From assembly GCA_021802205.1 (NCBI GenBank), contig JAKAAT010000001.1, positions 36,986 through 100,985 of the forward strand: 64,000 nucleotides of DNA, written 5' to 3'. This DNA is from Thermoplasmata archaeon. GTDB lineage: Archaea; Thermoplasmatota; Thermoplasmata; Thermoplasmatales; Thermoplasmataceae. The translations under genes and the position numbers were made by a program. Below, piece by piece: positions 30,353-41,246 of the stretch (position 1 is the first letter of the stretch; every line of letters starts with the position of its first letter). Below the pieces are notes generated by a model, which worked only from the letters and a program-made list of their open reading frames with translations, had not been told where the DNA came from and did not search any database.

Positions 30353-31629
30353 ATGTTTTACTTGTAGGCAGTGGAGGCAGGGAAGATGCAATTGCAAGGA
30401 AAATCAGGGAAACTGATACACTTTATTCCGTGATTATGAATGATAATCCATCAATAATAAAACTCTCAAGAGATGTTATTGACTACAGCACCGATTCCCA
30501 GAAGATCGTGGATTTTGCTAGAAAAAATAAAATTGACATAGCGTTTATTGGGCCGGATGGTGTACTAGAAACCGACCTTGTTGACAGGCTTAGTGAGAAT
30601 CATATACCTGTAGCATCGCCCACACAGAAAGCGGCAAAAATTGAAACTTCAAAAGAATATATGCGTAGCCTGATGAAAAAATACAGGATTCGGGGCGATA
30701 TAGAAAATACTGTAATAACAAATAGTGAATACCTGAAAGAATTTTTCCATGAAAATGAAGGGGAATATGCAGTAAAACCAATCGGGCTTACTGGAGGAAA
30801 GGGTGTGAAAGTCATGGGTCTGCAGTTAAACGGAACTGCCGAAGCAATGGCATATGCCTCCGAAATTCTGGAGAGGGATGGAAAGGTCCTGCTGGAAAAG
30901 AGGGAGACCGGCGAAGAATTTTCCATACAGGCATTCACTGACGGAACACATATTGCATTTATGCCTGTAGTGCAGGATTATAAGAGATTGTATGAGGATG
31001 ACCTTGGTCCTAACACCGGGGGCATGGGATCCATTTCAGATAAAAATTTTACATTACCATTTATTACAATAGATTCAGTTAATGATGCTAGAAATATTCT
31101 CAGGAAGATAGTGAACTCCATGAAAGAAGATGGGAATACATTCAAAGGGGTGATGTACGGCCAGTTCATGGATACGTCCCATGGTGTAAAAGTCATTGAA
31201 GTCAATGCAAGGTTCGCCGATCCAGAAAGCATAAATGTATTGACCCTTTTTAAGTCAAATCTTGTTGATGTTTTTCTGGATATTTACAGCGGAACCCTGA
31301 AAGAAAATCTTAAATTTCTGGATAAGGCTACGGTACTCAAATACATCGTTCCACCGGGATACGGGATAAAACCTGTAGAATCGGAACTCGTAATTAAAGA
31401 TGGAATAGAATCGGATAATTTCAAATTATATTATTCTTCAGTATCAGGGACATTGAACAGGGTAAAAACTTCAAAATCCAGGGCACTCGCACTCATAGGA
31501 ATAGGGGATAGCATTTATGAGGCATCGGATATTGTTGAGGATAAGTTGAAATATATAAGTGGAGATTATTATATCAGGCATGACATAGGAACTGAACAGA
31601 TGCTAACAAGGAAAATCAGAGGTCAATAG
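30349..31629 (+). CDS. purD: Phosphoribosylamine-glycine ligase
   Basis: VGSGGRE, GGKGV, QDYKR..E.D.GPNTGGMG, E.NARF.DPE. Confidence 0.96.
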   Translation: MNVLLVGSGGREDAIARKIRETDTLYSVIMNDNPSIIKLSRDVIDYSTDSQKIVDFARKNKIDIAFIGPDGVLETDLVDRLSENHIPVASPTQKAAKIETSKEYMRSLMKKYRIRGDIENTVITNSEYLKEFFHENEGEYAVKPIGLTGGKGVKVMGLQLNGTAEAMAYASEILERDGKVLLEKRETGEEFSIQAFTDGTHIAFMPVVQDYKRLYEDDLGPNTGGMGSISDKNFTLPFITIDSVNDARNILRKIVNSMKEDGNTFKGVMYGQFMDTSHGVKVIEVNARFADPESINVLTLFKSNLVDVFLDIYSGTLKENLKFLDKATVLKYIVPPGYGIKPVESELVIKDGIESDNFKLYYSSVSGTLNRVKTSKSRALALIGIGDSIYEASDIVEDKLKYISGDYYIRHDIGTEQMLTRKIRGQ

Positions 31630-32530
31630 TTCCGAAAACTCTTGGAATTATATTATTGCTTGCAAGAACGGCCATGCTTTTTGTAATAGGGATTTTTTTG
31701 TCCAGTATAATATGATCATTTTCAAATTTTCCCCTCTGAAATCTCATTATATCTGATATGAAAACCTCAAAATTATCTCCGAGGTTCAATTTCAAACTTC
31801 TCTGTGGAATTACTTTACCCTTTATTTCCTCTGCGTATTTGAAAGGTTTATCAGATATGAACATACCACGCTCCATATCTGTTGGCTCTACATTTTTCAG
31901 AGCGAGCCCAACTCGGGAACCTGCAGGAGCTGTTTCAACATCCTCATCATTCATCTGTATAGATCTTACCTCTACCTCCCTGTCCAGATCAGATAATATT
32001 AATTTCTGGTGCCTTGATATGCTACCAGATAAAACAAATCCCAGAGCCACTGTACCTACACCTTTTACCTTGAAAAAGTGATCTATGACTGTTAGATTAT
32101 CTGTATCATTGCGATTTATTTTTACCTTCTTTATTTCATCTATGAGCTCCATAGGTTTTCCATGGAAGAATTTGAAGCCGGTTAGCGAGGTGTTTTCCAG
32201 TATTTTTTTGACTGCGGGCTGCTGCTCCTCACTGGTAATTATAAATCCGGTTGTTTTACCCATAAGATCAAGGGCGACTATAACCTCACCCAGATCCCGA
32301 TTGATGGCACTTACCTTTACTATTGCCATGTCTGAAGGATATATCGAATCAGTAAGTGATGATACCTTCTCCGGATACTTCACCGGCTCAATAAATGTCA
32401 TTATGGTATCGCCGTCCTTTCTGTGGTATAACTGTATATCGCTGTTGGTTCCCACCTTGGCAATTTCTTTTATATAATCGGATGCATTGTAGCAAAAGAT
32501 GCTGTATGATTCCATACTATAGTTATGCAT
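31616..32530 (-). CDS. SelB-like/EF-Tu domain II protein with degenerate G-domain
   Basis: IDHFF.VKGVGTVALG, VRSIQM, AG.RVGLALK; no recognisable P-loop. Confidence 0.8.
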   Translation of the reverse strand: MHNYSMESYSIFCYNASDYIKEIAKVGTNSDIQLYHRKDGDTIMTFIEPVKYPEKVSSLTDSIYPSDMAIVKVSAINRDLGEVIVALDLMGKTTGFIITSEEQQPAVKKILENTSLTGFKFFHGKPMELIDEIKKVKINRNDTDNLTVIDHFFKVKGVGTVALGFVLSGSISRHQKLILSDLDREVEVRSIQMNDEDVETAPAGSRVGLALKNVEPTDMERGMFISDKPFKYAEEIKGKVIPQRSLKLNLGDNFEVFISDIMRFQRGKFENDHIILDKKIPITKSMAVLASNNIIPRVFGTIDL

Positions 32531-32641
32531 TAAAGCTTAAAAAGATTTAACTTTAAATGAAAGAAATCAAATAGTTGACCGTGAGAAAAGCCATCAGTTA
32601 TACTTCAACTTTTTATAAGGTTAACACTGTATTTATATATT

Positions 32642-33517
32642 TCAATCGTGTAATCCGGCGCTATCCAGTATTATATTCTTCAAAAGTACAGCCATTTGAT
32701 CCGAATCTGATGGTGTCCTTGCCCTTAAATATTTTATTCCATGCTCTGATAGGAAATCTCTGTATTTTACATCAAGATCATATAGTATTTCCAGATGCTC
32801 ATAGAGAAATCCTATTGGCGATACCAGAATACTGTCAACGTTATCTTTCCTGAACTGATCAAGTAAATCATATATTGATGGCTGGATCCATTTCCCGTAC
32901 GGACCCTGACTGTAGAATGCAGTATAATAATTATCTATGCCCAGTATTCTGGAGATGTTTTTAGCATTCCTCGCCAGAGAATTAGAATAATCGCTTTCAT
33001 CGTCTATTAATGGCAGGCTGTGAGCCGTGAACAGGAAATTATCGTATTCATACATGTATTTGCTTATCTCGGATGCCCACATGCAGGAGAGTATGCTTCT
33101 ATCAAGACCATTTATGAATTTTAATTTCATATTTTTTCCATTAAAACCTTTTTTCAGAGGAATCTCGTAAGATTTCCTTATATTATTCGATTTAAAGGCA
33201 AAAAGTGGTAGGGCTATTATTTCCTCATAATCTGAATCCAGTGATGAAACAACCTCCTCTATACCTGGATGCCAGTGCTTATAAGCATCTGTAATATCAA
33301 AATCGCCATACTTTGCAAGTAATTTCTGTAATTTGTTCATGAGATTTTTTATTATTTCGTTGGAAGGTGATTTTCCATTGACCATTTCATATTTCTTGAT
33401 GTTTTCATTAAGAATTTTTTCCGGCACAGGCTTTCCCTGGAAGATTCCAGATAAATATTCAGGTACATCTTCGACCCTTTCCGGGCTGCCATAACTGAGT
33501 AGTATAACTTTTTTCAT
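32642..33517 (-). CDS. hemH: Ferrochelatase (HemH/CpfC)
   Basis: LLSYGSP, LFTAHSLP, SQG...W..P, PIGF..EHLEILYDLD. Confidence 0.9.
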   Translation of the reverse strand: MKKVILLSYGSPERVEDVPEYLSGIFQGKPVPEKILNENIKKYEMVNGKSPSNEIIKNLMNKLQKLLAKYGDFDITDAYKHWHPGIEEVVSSLDSDYEEIIALPLFAFKSNNIRKSYEIPLKKGFNGKNMKLKFINGLDRSILSCMWASEISKYMYEYDNFLFTAHSLPLIDDESDYSNSLARNAKNISRILGIDNYYTAFYSQGPYGKWIQPSIYDLLDQFRKDNVDSILVSPIGFLYEHLEILYDLDVKYRDFLSEHGIKYLRARTPSDSDQMAVLLKNIILDSAGLHD

Positions 33518-33758
33518 CAATGCATATTTTTTCCATGGATTTATTATTTTCCGAGAAACAATATTTATATGCAATTTATTTCCTTAGAAATTTTATGCCG
33601 ATCCAAATACTATAAAACGCAGAATACTTATCAATTAGGGCAATATTATAAGTTATATTTATGAGGAATAAATAAATTAATTAGATAGGATAGTAGGGGT
33701 TGTTGAGGCTATGAATACCTATAGTACACCCCTTAAATTGAATAATAAATCTTTTGAC

Positions 33759-35471
33759 CTAATTGGTAGTGACGTAAATATACTGTTCTGGCATATATAT
33801 AGCATGTTCTGCACCATTGTATTCAACGTATTCAGGATATTCTGATTTGTACATTATAAATGTATACGGGTAGTCATTAGAAGTGGTTTGTGCATTTTGA
33901 ATTGTGAAATCATTAAACTGAGCATTTATATTTTCCCCTATTGAAATTGGCTGTGATGCCTGTGCAATTGTAACACCCAGCGAGCCGGCCGCTACTGCAA
34001 GTGAGGCTGCAGCAAGTGCATAGCCTGCTGCACCACCAAAATCGGCGAACGCTACAAAAGCACTCATTATTGCTAGATCTAATCCCAGATCTGCTAGGAA
34101 TAAATTAGCACCCTCTAAGACATTATTCAATTCATCGTATGCATTTGTATAGGCAGTTACATTTAATGATACTGTTGAAACAGAATATAAATCTCCTGGG
34201 TTAATTGTTTTATTGAGTATTTCTGGATTATTTCTGAGCAGGTACTGGTAAAAACCCAGCGCATAGGAATAGTTTGATGTATTGCTAAACAACCTATCTT
34301 TCATACCAGTTCCAATACTGAGTACCTTCAATGTTGCATATGGTGTTCCATAATATGTATAGTTGTCTGAATATGTTGATGATGTCTGCTTTACTTCCTG
34401 GCCATTTCTATAGAAACATGTATAAACTGTTTTCTTATAGTCGGTTAACACAACAGCTTTGTAGTTGGTTATCTGTATGGTTGAATCGGGTATACCAAAT
34501 ATATTGGCATTATCAGTTTTATCAGCCACCAAAGATATACTTGAAATAGATATATTATTACTTTGATATGACGGAGTTGTTGATTGCATAGTATCTGAAG
34601 AACTAAATGTTGTGGTATCGTTCATCTTGAAATATACTTTATTGTTAGTATTGTATTCAGCTATTGTATTTGAGTCTACTGCTATATCGCTATTATTATC
34701 TTTATCATTGAGATACATTATAGATAATGGGAGATAGCTATTGTTATATGTTGTCTGATTTAATTCTTGTGCATGGCAATTGTCGTGATTGTAATCACAT
34801 ACCTGTTTTTCATAGACTTTGCAATTGCTACCTGGCCCCGGTGTGATATATTCTGGATTTACATATGTTTGATTATGATGAAATATATATGTAGGATTGC
34901 TCATGTTAAAATTTAAATTAAATGAATAGTCAAACGATTTATAATTCAGAATATTTATGGGATTGTAAAGTATGTTATTAAAATATGTATACACATAAGT
35001 GCTGTTGTTTGTATTTACCTGTGTAAATGCATATGCCTGCATGGACAGGGCGTTTAAATTATCCTTATAATATATTAACTGTGAATTCTGGACTGCATTT
35101 ATGTAATTATACCAGCAATTGCTTATACTGCTTAATATGCTTCCATTGAGAATTGCAGTATAATTGTTAAAGGGTAGTGTTGAATTGAAAATTTCCCTGT
35201 TGTATGTATTTGGATTAGTTGTAAAATTTTTATTAACAGAATTAGGAGTTTCCATATATATTTCCAGTGTGTAGTTATTTAATTTTTCTGAACTATTTTT
35301 ATTTTCCACTGCTGGCATTAAGTTTATTTTATAATTATTTACAGAACTATTTCCATTAGTGGTCAATGGAACATTACCATTCTCGTAGTAATATATCCCA
35401 ATGAAAGAGGTTGTTATCATCAATATACCTATTAATATTGCCAAATATTTTTTATTATGAGCTATATTCAT
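33759..35471 (-). CDS. Secreted/surface Asn-Tyr-Thr-rich protein with a late Ala/Gly hydrophobic hairpin, function unknown
   Basis: 570-aa ORF, N-terminal KK plus TM, many sequons, segment LAIMSAFVAFADFGGAAGYALAAASLAVAAGSLGV. Confidence 0.75.
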   Translation of the reverse strand: MNIAHNKKYLAILIGILMITTSFIGIYYYENGNVPLTTNGNSSVNNYKINLMPAVENKNSSEKLNNYTLEIYMETPNSVNKNFTTNPNTYNREIFNSTLPFNNYTAILNGSILSSISNCWYNYINAVQNSQLIYYKDNLNALSMQAYAFTQVNTNNSTYVYTYFNNILYNPINILNYKSFDYSFNLNFNMSNPTYIFHHNQTYVNPEYITPGPGSNCKVYEKQVCDYNHDNCHAQELNQTTYNNSYLPLSIMYLNDKDNNSDIAVDSNTIAEYNTNNKVYFKMNDTTTFSSSDTMQSTTPSYQSNNISISSISLVADKTDNANIFGIPDSTIQITNYKAVVLTDYKKTVYTCFYRNGQEVKQTSSTYSDNYTYYGTPYATLKVLSIGTGMKDRLFSNTSNYSYALGFYQYLLRNNPEILNKTINPGDLYSVSTVSLNVTAYTNAYDELNNVLEGANLFLADLGLDLAIMSAFVAFADFGGAAGYALAAASLAVAAGSLGVTIAQASQPISIGENINAQFNDFTIQNAQTTSNDYPYTFIMYKSEYPEYVEYNGAEHAIYMPEQYIYVTTN

Positions 35472-35485
35472 GTATAAGATAATTA

Positions 35486-35502
35486 ATATATATATATATA
35501 TA
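35486..35502. repeat. (AT)8 microsatellite in the TATA region of the 570-aa gene
   Basis: atatatatatatatata 15-31 nt upstream of the ATG at 35471. Confidence 0.8.
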
Positions 35503-35694
35503 ACTTTTTGTATTCAATGTGGGGATTCCATAATTTACTATGGTCAATGGAAGTCTACAACTTTAGATTATCCATGGTATAATTTCAGGTATTACGGTTC
35601 TAATCACTGTATAGGGTAAATACTTTATTTTAATAGATTATATTTTAACATTCTATATTTTTTAATAGTTATCCATTATTGAAAATTGTATGAG

Positions 35695-36708
35695 TTAATG
35701 CAAGTTTTGTTTATGGACTATTTCAACTATTTCCCCCAGAGTAGCCGGTGATGTTTCAGGAAGTACGCCATGGCCAAGATTGAATATATAATTATTTATT
35801 CCTGCGGTCTGATTCAGTATTGATCTGGTTTCCTGCATAGCAGCCTCAACATTATATCTGGCGACGTACGGATCAAGGTTTCCCTGAATTCCGATCTCGG
35901 GATTCAGTATTTTTTCAGCCTGATTTATAGATATTCTCCAGTCCAGGCTCAGCACATCTGGTTTTACGTCGTTAAACTGATCAATCATACCAGAATTTCC
36001 TGTGGCAAAATAAATCAGTGGCACACTGCCCTTTATTTCATTGACTATTTCAATTATATCCTTTTTTAGATATTTGTTAAACATATATGGAGAAAGCGAT
36101 CCCAGCCACGAGTCAAAAATCTGCACAGCATCCACCCCCGCCTGTATCTGCATCTTCAAATAATCTATAATCATATTTTTTATCATATTTTTCATTTCTG
36201 TAAATGATCTATCATTTAACATTGTATTTTTTGTATATACAAGATTATTGTCAGATGTACTGGAAATAATATATGATAAAACCGTTATGATTCCACCTGA
36301 AAATCCAATTAGCGGGGTTTCTGGATGTTTTGCCTTGAAAAGTTTTATGGCATCCATTGTTCTGTATTTCAATGAATTTTTATCAAACTCATGAATTCCC
36401 CTCAATTCAGGGTTATTTCTGTATCCATTCTGAATTACAGGTCCATTGCTATTGAAATCGATATTATATCCCATAGCCTCCAGAGGGAGTATGATATCTG
36501 CAAATATAATTGCGGCATCAACATTGAGTTTACTGATAGGTAAAAATGTTATTTTCTCTGTGATTGTTGGATCCATGCACATCTGCTTGATGTTAAAGCT
36601 TTTCCTGATTTCCTGATATTCACTCATGTACCTGCCTGCCTGGCGCATGAACCATGCAGGTATTTGTTCATGTGATTCTCCGTGAAGTGCTGCGAGGAAA
36701 TTATTCAT
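35695..36708 (-). CDS. hemE: Uroporphyrinogen decarboxylase
   Basis: [35 protein letters not shown]. Confidence 0.96.
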   Translation of the reverse strand: MNNFLAALHGESHEQIPAWFMRQAGRYMSEYQEIRKSFNIKQMCMDPTITEKITFLPISKLNVDAAIIFADIILPLEAMGYNIDFNSNGPVIQNGYRNNPELRGIHEFDKNSLKYRTMDAIKLFKAKHPETPLIGFSGGIITVLSYIISSTSDNNLVYTKNTMLNDRSFTEMKNMIKNMIIDYLKMQIQAGVDAVQIFDSWLGSLSPYMFNKYLKKDIIEIVNEIKGSVPLIYFATGNSGMIDQFNDVKPDVLSLDWRISINQAEKILNPEIGIQGNLDPYVARYNVEAAMQETRSILNQTAGINNYIFNLGHGVLPETSPATLGEIVEIVHKQNLH

Positions 36709-38039
36709 GGCTTTACCCGTCTAATTGTGCGTGGATATGGAATTGTTTCCCGTATGTTGGAAAGACCACAGATCCACATGACAAGCCTGTCGAGACCCAG
36801 GCCGAAACCACTATGAGGTATGCTCCCGTACCTTCTCAGGTCAACGTACCAGTAATAATCGTCTGGACTGAGCCCGTTCTTTTTTATTCTATCAAGCAGC
36901 TCATCAAGATCGTAAATTCTTTCCCCACCGCCAATAATTTCACCGTAGCCTTCTGGAGCAAGCAGATCATGGCACAATATTTCACCCGGGCTATCAGGAT
37001 TAGGCCTGTGGTAGAAAGTTTTCAATGTCTCCGGATAATCTGTAACAAATATAGGATTGTCGAAGTGAATCATTATTCCGTATTCCTCGTCTGCACCAAG
37101 ATCGTCCCCGTATTTCAGATTCATCCCGAATTCTTTTGTCCTTTCAATTAAATCCCTGTATCTGATCCTCTGGAATGGAATTTTAATATTCCTCAATTTA
37201 TTTATATCCCTATTAATTATCTCCAGATCTTCACGATTATTTTTTAAAACTGCGTCTATGATGTATTTAATCATTTTTTCTTCATCTTCCATCATATCCT
37301 CATTGTTATACCATGCAGCCTCACCCTCTGCATGCCAGTATTCGGTGAGGTGCCTTCTTGTCCTTGATTTTTCTGCCCTGAAGCTGGGTGCTATTGTAAA
37401 AACCTTTTCCAGGCTGAATATCATAGTTTCAAGATAGAACTGAGAACTCTGGGTAAGATTCACCTTTTCACCAAAATAATCAACATTGAAAAGGGATGCA
37501 CCGCCTTCGGTTGCCGTGGAAACAAACATGGGTGCCTGAACCTGGTAATAATCCTCCCCGTAAAAATAATCCGTGAATGCCTTGAACACTGTTGACCTTA
37601 TTTTCAACACAGCAGTAAATTCACGGCTTCTGAGCCACAGGTGCCGGTTGTCCAGCAAAAATTCCTCGCCTAGATCTCTAGCTATGGGAAAATTCTCGTT
37701 CCTTTCGTATATTTTGCAGGTCATTATGGAAAGTTCATAACCTGTAACCGCCCTGGGCTCCTTCCTTATTATCCCTGAAAGTTCAAGGCTACTTTCTACA
37801 GTAAGTGATGATATATCCTTCATGACCGAATCATTCAGATTCTCTGTGGATGCCACACACTGTATGATATTTGTTGAATCACGTAAAACAATAAATGTAA
37901 TTTTACCCGAGCTTCTAACCCTATAAACCCATCCCCTTATGGAGACCTCCTTTCCGAGAAATTTGTCTGATAATACATCCCTGATTTTTTCCATTGTAGG
38001 TAAATGGGTATTATCCTTATATTTTTTAGGTTTATACAA
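36705..38039 (-). CDS. asnS: Asparagine--tRNA ligase (true start may be a few codons downstream)
   Basis: RGWV, RHLWLR, LTQSSQ.YLE, FRAEKS.TRRHL.E, GEIIGG.ER, PH.GFGLG. Confidence 0.93.
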   Translation of the reverse strand: MYKPKKYKDNTHLPTMEKIRDVLSDKFLGKEVSIRGWVYRVRSSGKITFIVLRDSTNIIQCVASTENLNDSVMKDISSLTVESSLELSGIIRKEPRAVTGYELSIMTCKIYERNENFPIARDLGEEFLLDNRHLWLRSREFTAVLKIRSTVFKAFTDYFYGEDYYQVQAPMFVSTATEGGASLFNVDYFGEKVNLTQSSQFYLETMIFSLEKVFTIAPSFRAEKSRTRRHLTEYWHAEGEAAWYNNEDMMEDEEKMIKYIIDAVLKNNREDLEIINRDINKLRNIKIPFQRIRYRDLIERTKEFGMNLKYGDDLGADEEYGIMIHFDNPIFVTDYPETLKTFYHRPNPDSPGEILCHDLLAPEGYGEIIGGGERIYDLDELLDRIKKNGLSPDDYYWYVDLRRYGSIPHSGFGLGLDRLVMWICGLSNIRETIPYPRTIRRVKP

Positions 38040-38091
38040 TACATAAATATTTATAACATTATTAAATTCTTTATCAGTATTTTAAAGGAGA

Positions 38092-38673
38092 ATGAATATG
38101 TACATATTGCTTGAGGATGAATACGTAATCAGGGTTCCGCCTGAACTGTTAAATGATGATTATGCTGAGGCTGTTATTGAGGCTTCAAGATCAATTCTGG
38201 AGGGAAAGCTGGTAGATATTCTGGAGGGCCAGAAAAGCCTTGGAAAATCATATATAGTATCGGTAAGCAACATTGAAATGAAAGGTGAGGGCACCATAGT
38301 CCATGGAGATGGTGGTGTTTACCAGCCCATTCATTATACTGCACTTGCATATTTCCCCAAGATGCAGGAGGTCGTTGATGGCATAGTTGAAGGAGTACAG
38401 AAATTCGGGGCATTTATAAGATTCGGCCCATTTGAAGGACTTTTACATATCAGCCAGATTATGGATGATTCCATAAATGTTGATATGGATAATCAGAGAA
38501 TTGTGGGAAAGGATACGAAAATGGAGCTCAAAGTAGGCGATAAAATAAGGGTCAGGATAGTTGCCCTGAATCTTGCTTCAACATCTCTATCGGACAGCAA
38601 AATTGGTTTTACAGCCAAACAGCCAGGGCTCGGAAAACCAGAATGGGCTCCTAAGCAGGATGTGAATAACTGA
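38092..38673 (+). CDS. rpo7: RNA polymerase subunit E' (Rpo7)
   Basis: RVPP, GDGGVY, GLLHISQI, S1 domain, QPGLGK.EW. Confidence 0.95.
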   Translation: MNMYILLEDEYVIRVPPELLNDDYAEAVIEASRSILEGKLVDILEGQKSLGKSYIVSVSNIEMKGEGTIVHGDGGVYQPIHYTALAYFPKMQEVVDGIVEGVQKFGAFIRFGPFEGLLHISQIMDDSINVDMDNQRIVGKDTKMELKVGDKIRVRIVALNLASTSLSDSKIGFTAKQPGLGKPEWAPKQDVNN

Positions 38674-38682
38674 GGTATAACG

Positions 38683-38874
38683 ATGGTAAAAGTATATAAG
38701 GCATGCAAAATATGTAAAAGATTGACCACGGAAGATGTGTGCCCTGTCCACGGTGATGAAAGAACAAAAACTGACTGGTTTGGGTTCCTGATAATCAACG
38801 ATGTGCACTCACAAATAGCAGAAAAGGCCGATATAAAGGAACCAGGTATTTATGCCATTAAAGTTAGATCATGA
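38683..38874 (+). CDS. spt4: Transcription elongation factor Spt4 (RpoE'')
   Basis: KACKIC...CP, DW.G, PG.YAIKV. Confidence 0.93.
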   Translation: MVKVYKACKICKRLTTEDVCPVHGDERTKTDWFGFLIINDVHSQIAEKADIKEPGIYAIKVRS

Positions 38875-39358
38875 TATTGTTATCGGAGATAATGCACGGA
38901 AAGCTATAAAGAATTTTAATTATTCTTTATGTACCGTAGAGGATATCAGATTTCTTGCAAGAGATAATAAGATTATTTCCGTAGGAGATGTTACAACTGA
39001 AAATTTAATAAATGCTGGGATAAATATTAAATTGGAGGTGGTTGACCTTGTAACCAAAAGAGATGAGAAATATTTTGAACACGTACCAGGTTCATCGTCT
39101 GTTTCCAATCCTCCCGGTATAATATCTGTAGACCTGATGAATGCAATAGAACATTTTCTAAATGAAAATATAACCGGAAGAATAGAAGTTAAGGGGGAAG
39201 AGGATCTGGCTGTAATACCAATAATCTTTTATGCAGATAATAATACAGTAATAGTTTATGGTGTACCTGATACAGGTATGGCATTCATAAAAGTTAATGA
39301 GGAAATAAAAAAGGAAATTGAAAATATGATAATGGAGATGTATAAGGATGAGCAATGA
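38852..39358 (+). CDS. GTP-dependent dephospho-CoA kinase (DUF359)
   Basis: VGDVTT, D..TKR, NPPG.I, GEEDL, YG.P; conserved position between spt4 and rps24e. Confidence 0.88.
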   Translation: MPLKLDHDIVIGDNARKAIKNFNYSLCTVEDIRFLARDNKIISVGDVTTENLINAGINIKLEVVDLVTKRDEKYFEHVPGSSSVSNPPGIISVDLMNAIEHFLNENITGRIEVKGEEDLAVIPIIFYADNNTVIVYGVPDTGMAFIKVNEEIKKEIENMIMEMYKDEQ

Positions 39359-39665
39359 AAAAATGATAAAAAAATTCAGCGTTGATTCCGAGAGGGATAA
39401 TAAACTGCTGTTCAGGAAGGAAATAAAATATACCCTTGACTTCAAATCCGGGAAGACTGTTAGCAGAAAAGAGATTAAAGATCTTTTCAGCGATTATTAT
39501 AAGGCCAAGGAGGATGTAATAATAGTTGATAGAAATGTACAGGAAACCGGAAAAGATTCCTTGAAAGGTTATGTTAAAATATATGATACAAAGGAGCATG
39601 CGATGTTATATGAACCGGACTATGAGCTTATCAGAAACGGATTAAAGGAAAAGGAGAGTAAATAA
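39348..39665 (+). CDS. rps24e: 30S ribosomal protein S24e
   Basis: N.LL.RKE, T.SR, GY.KIY, EP.Y.L.RN; conserved operon position. Confidence 0.92.
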   Translation: MSNEKMIKKFSVDSERDNKLLFRKEIKYTLDFKSGKTVSRKEIKDLFSDYYKAKEDVIIVDRNVQETGKDSLKGYVKIYDTKEHAMLYEPDYELIRNGLKEKESK

Positions 39666-39820
39666 TGGAAAAGAGAGAATTATATGCTGTTGAAGAAGGG
39701 AAGATAGTGAGAAAGAGGAGAACGTGCCCAAGATGTGGTGCAGGTGTTTACCTCGCAGAACATTCAGACCGTTATTCCTGTGGTAAATGCGGTTACACTG
39801 AATTTAAAAAGAAAAAATAA
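39665..39820 (+). CDS. rps27ae: 30S ribosomal protein S27ae (not in ORF track)
   Basis: Manual translation [51 protein letters not shown]; TAATG overlap with rps24e. Confidence 0.95.
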   Translation: MEKRELYAVEEGKIVRKRRTCPRCGAGVYLAEHSDRYSCGKCGYTEFKKKK

Positions 39821-39825
39821 ATTTT

Positions 39826-40134
39826 TTATAAATTATATATAAGTCCTGTTGTTTCGCCGGCCTGTTTTTCTATTGAGTTTATTCTGCGCCTTATCAATTC
39901 TGAGGCTTCTTTATTTTCAGATTTTAAACCCAGAAGGCTAACTAGCATGGTTAATTCATAATCAAGTATCATGCTCAGGTTTCTCAAATATTCGGCTTTA
40001 TTTTCAGGTACTTTCTTTCTAGCGGCTGCCACAAAACAGTCCATGTGTACTGGACCCTCCTTGGTGAATGTAAATTTTTCACCGGTTTTTATAATTTTGT
40101 TACAAATATAACATCCATATTCCATAATACCCAA
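39826..40134 (-). CDS. Zn-ribbon protein (DUF2175-like)
   Basis: CYIC...GEKFTFTK.G.VH.DC. Confidence 0.72.
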   Translation of the reverse strand: MGIMEYGCYICNKIIKTGEKFTFTKEGPVHMDCFVAAARKKVPENKAEYLRNLSMILDYELTMLVSLLGLKSENKEASELIRRRINSIEKQAGETTGLIYNL

Positions 40135-40183
40135 TGAACTTGCAGATGTTAAATTTATCGATGCTTTTGCGCTTACATATATT

Positions 40184-40546
40184 TTATTTATTGATCCTTT
40201 TAACCATCAACTTCAGGCCAGTTCTACCGGTGACCACAACTTTGTCATATTTCTCAATTACGTCGTCGCCTATATTTGTGACCTCCCATGAAACACCGTC
40301 AATAGTTATAAATCCATTACCGTTCTTTTCAATTCTATCACTTGCAACACCTATTATGTTTATCATTGATTCTGAACCTGTATAATGTCTCCCACGCTGT
40401 GAAGAAATAATTTTATAAAGATAATAGACTGTAAATGTTATTATTACTATAAAAGCTACAATAGCGAGGACTACAGCAAATATAAGACTACCTGGTATTG
40501 CACCTGCATAATCAACTGGCAAAAATTTTATTGTGCTGCATATCAT
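40184..40546 (-). CDS. NfeD-like protein (TM plus C-terminal OB fold)
   Basis: TG.ESMI...G, G.I.IDG..W, V.V....GL.L.V. Confidence 0.8.
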   Translation of the reverse strand: MICSTIKFLPVDYAGAIPGSLIFAVVLAIVAFIVIITFTVYYLYKIISSQRGRHYTGSESMINIIGVASDRIEKNGNGFITIDGVSWEVTNIGDDVIEKYDKVVVTGRTGLKLMVKRINK

Positions 40547-40637
40547 AAATTAATATATCATCCCTGATTAAAAAAATTTCTATTAAAGAAGCTATTTAAG
40601 GAAATAAAAAATAATAAATTTACTGAAGTATATGTGT

Positions 40638-41246
40638 TCACTGATACATATTTTTCGGGGCCGCCCCTGCGTCAAGAACCTCTGATATGAGTTTTTCCGC
40701 ATCATCACTACCAAGTCCCAGTGAGGACATTAGATAATTTTTAATATCTTCTCTGGATTTTCCTGCTTTCGCCATTTCCTTTATCATCATACCTGTCCGT
40801 TCTATAACACTTGCATTAAATTCGTCTTCCAGATTAAGTGCCTTTACCATAAGATAAAATGATGCTAGAATTGTATTAAGTCCTGTATTTAATACGTCCC
40901 TGGTAAATGTTGAGGCGTCAAAGTCTTCCCTTGCAACAACCTCCTCGTTTATTCCATCTAACATGAATTTAACAAGTTCTACTCTGGCATTGAGTAGAAG
41001 CAGTGTTCTATATACCTTTAATCTGGGTTCGTTTTCTATTGTCGCAGTTTCCATCCCGGTTCTAACTATTAGATTTATTGCAGCCTTATCATTATCAACA
41101 TAGAGGAATATATCAAAAGGTATTTTTTCATTCTGAAGTACTGTATAATCTCCTGCCTTTGATATTGCCCATTTAAGGTCAATAAGTGTTTTCGCATTAT
41201 CGTTTCCTGAACTCATCCATTTAATAATTTCGTCTGAGGTAACCAT
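40638..41246 (-). CDS. Conserved hypothetical protein (possible YbjN/CesT-like fold)
   Basis: 202-aa ORF with normal composition; YR.LL.LN...VKF.LD pattern. Confidence 0.6.
   Translation of the reverse strand: MVTSDEIIKWMSSGNDNAKTLIDLKWAISKAGDYTVLQNEKIPFDIFLYVDNDKAAINLIVRTGMETATIENEPRLKVYRTLLLLNARVELVKFMLDGINEEVVAREDFDASTFTRDVLNTGLNTILASFYLMVKALNLEDEFNASVIERTGMMIKEMAKAGKSREDIKNYLMSSLGLGSDDAEKLISEVLDAGAAPKNMYQ

Noticed and set aside
33694-33733. AGGGGT...ACCCCT inverted repeat beside the 570-aa gene as a mobile-element end
   Set aside because: Only about 6 bp, with no matching end or target duplication found on the other side; could be a terminator-like or chance feature.
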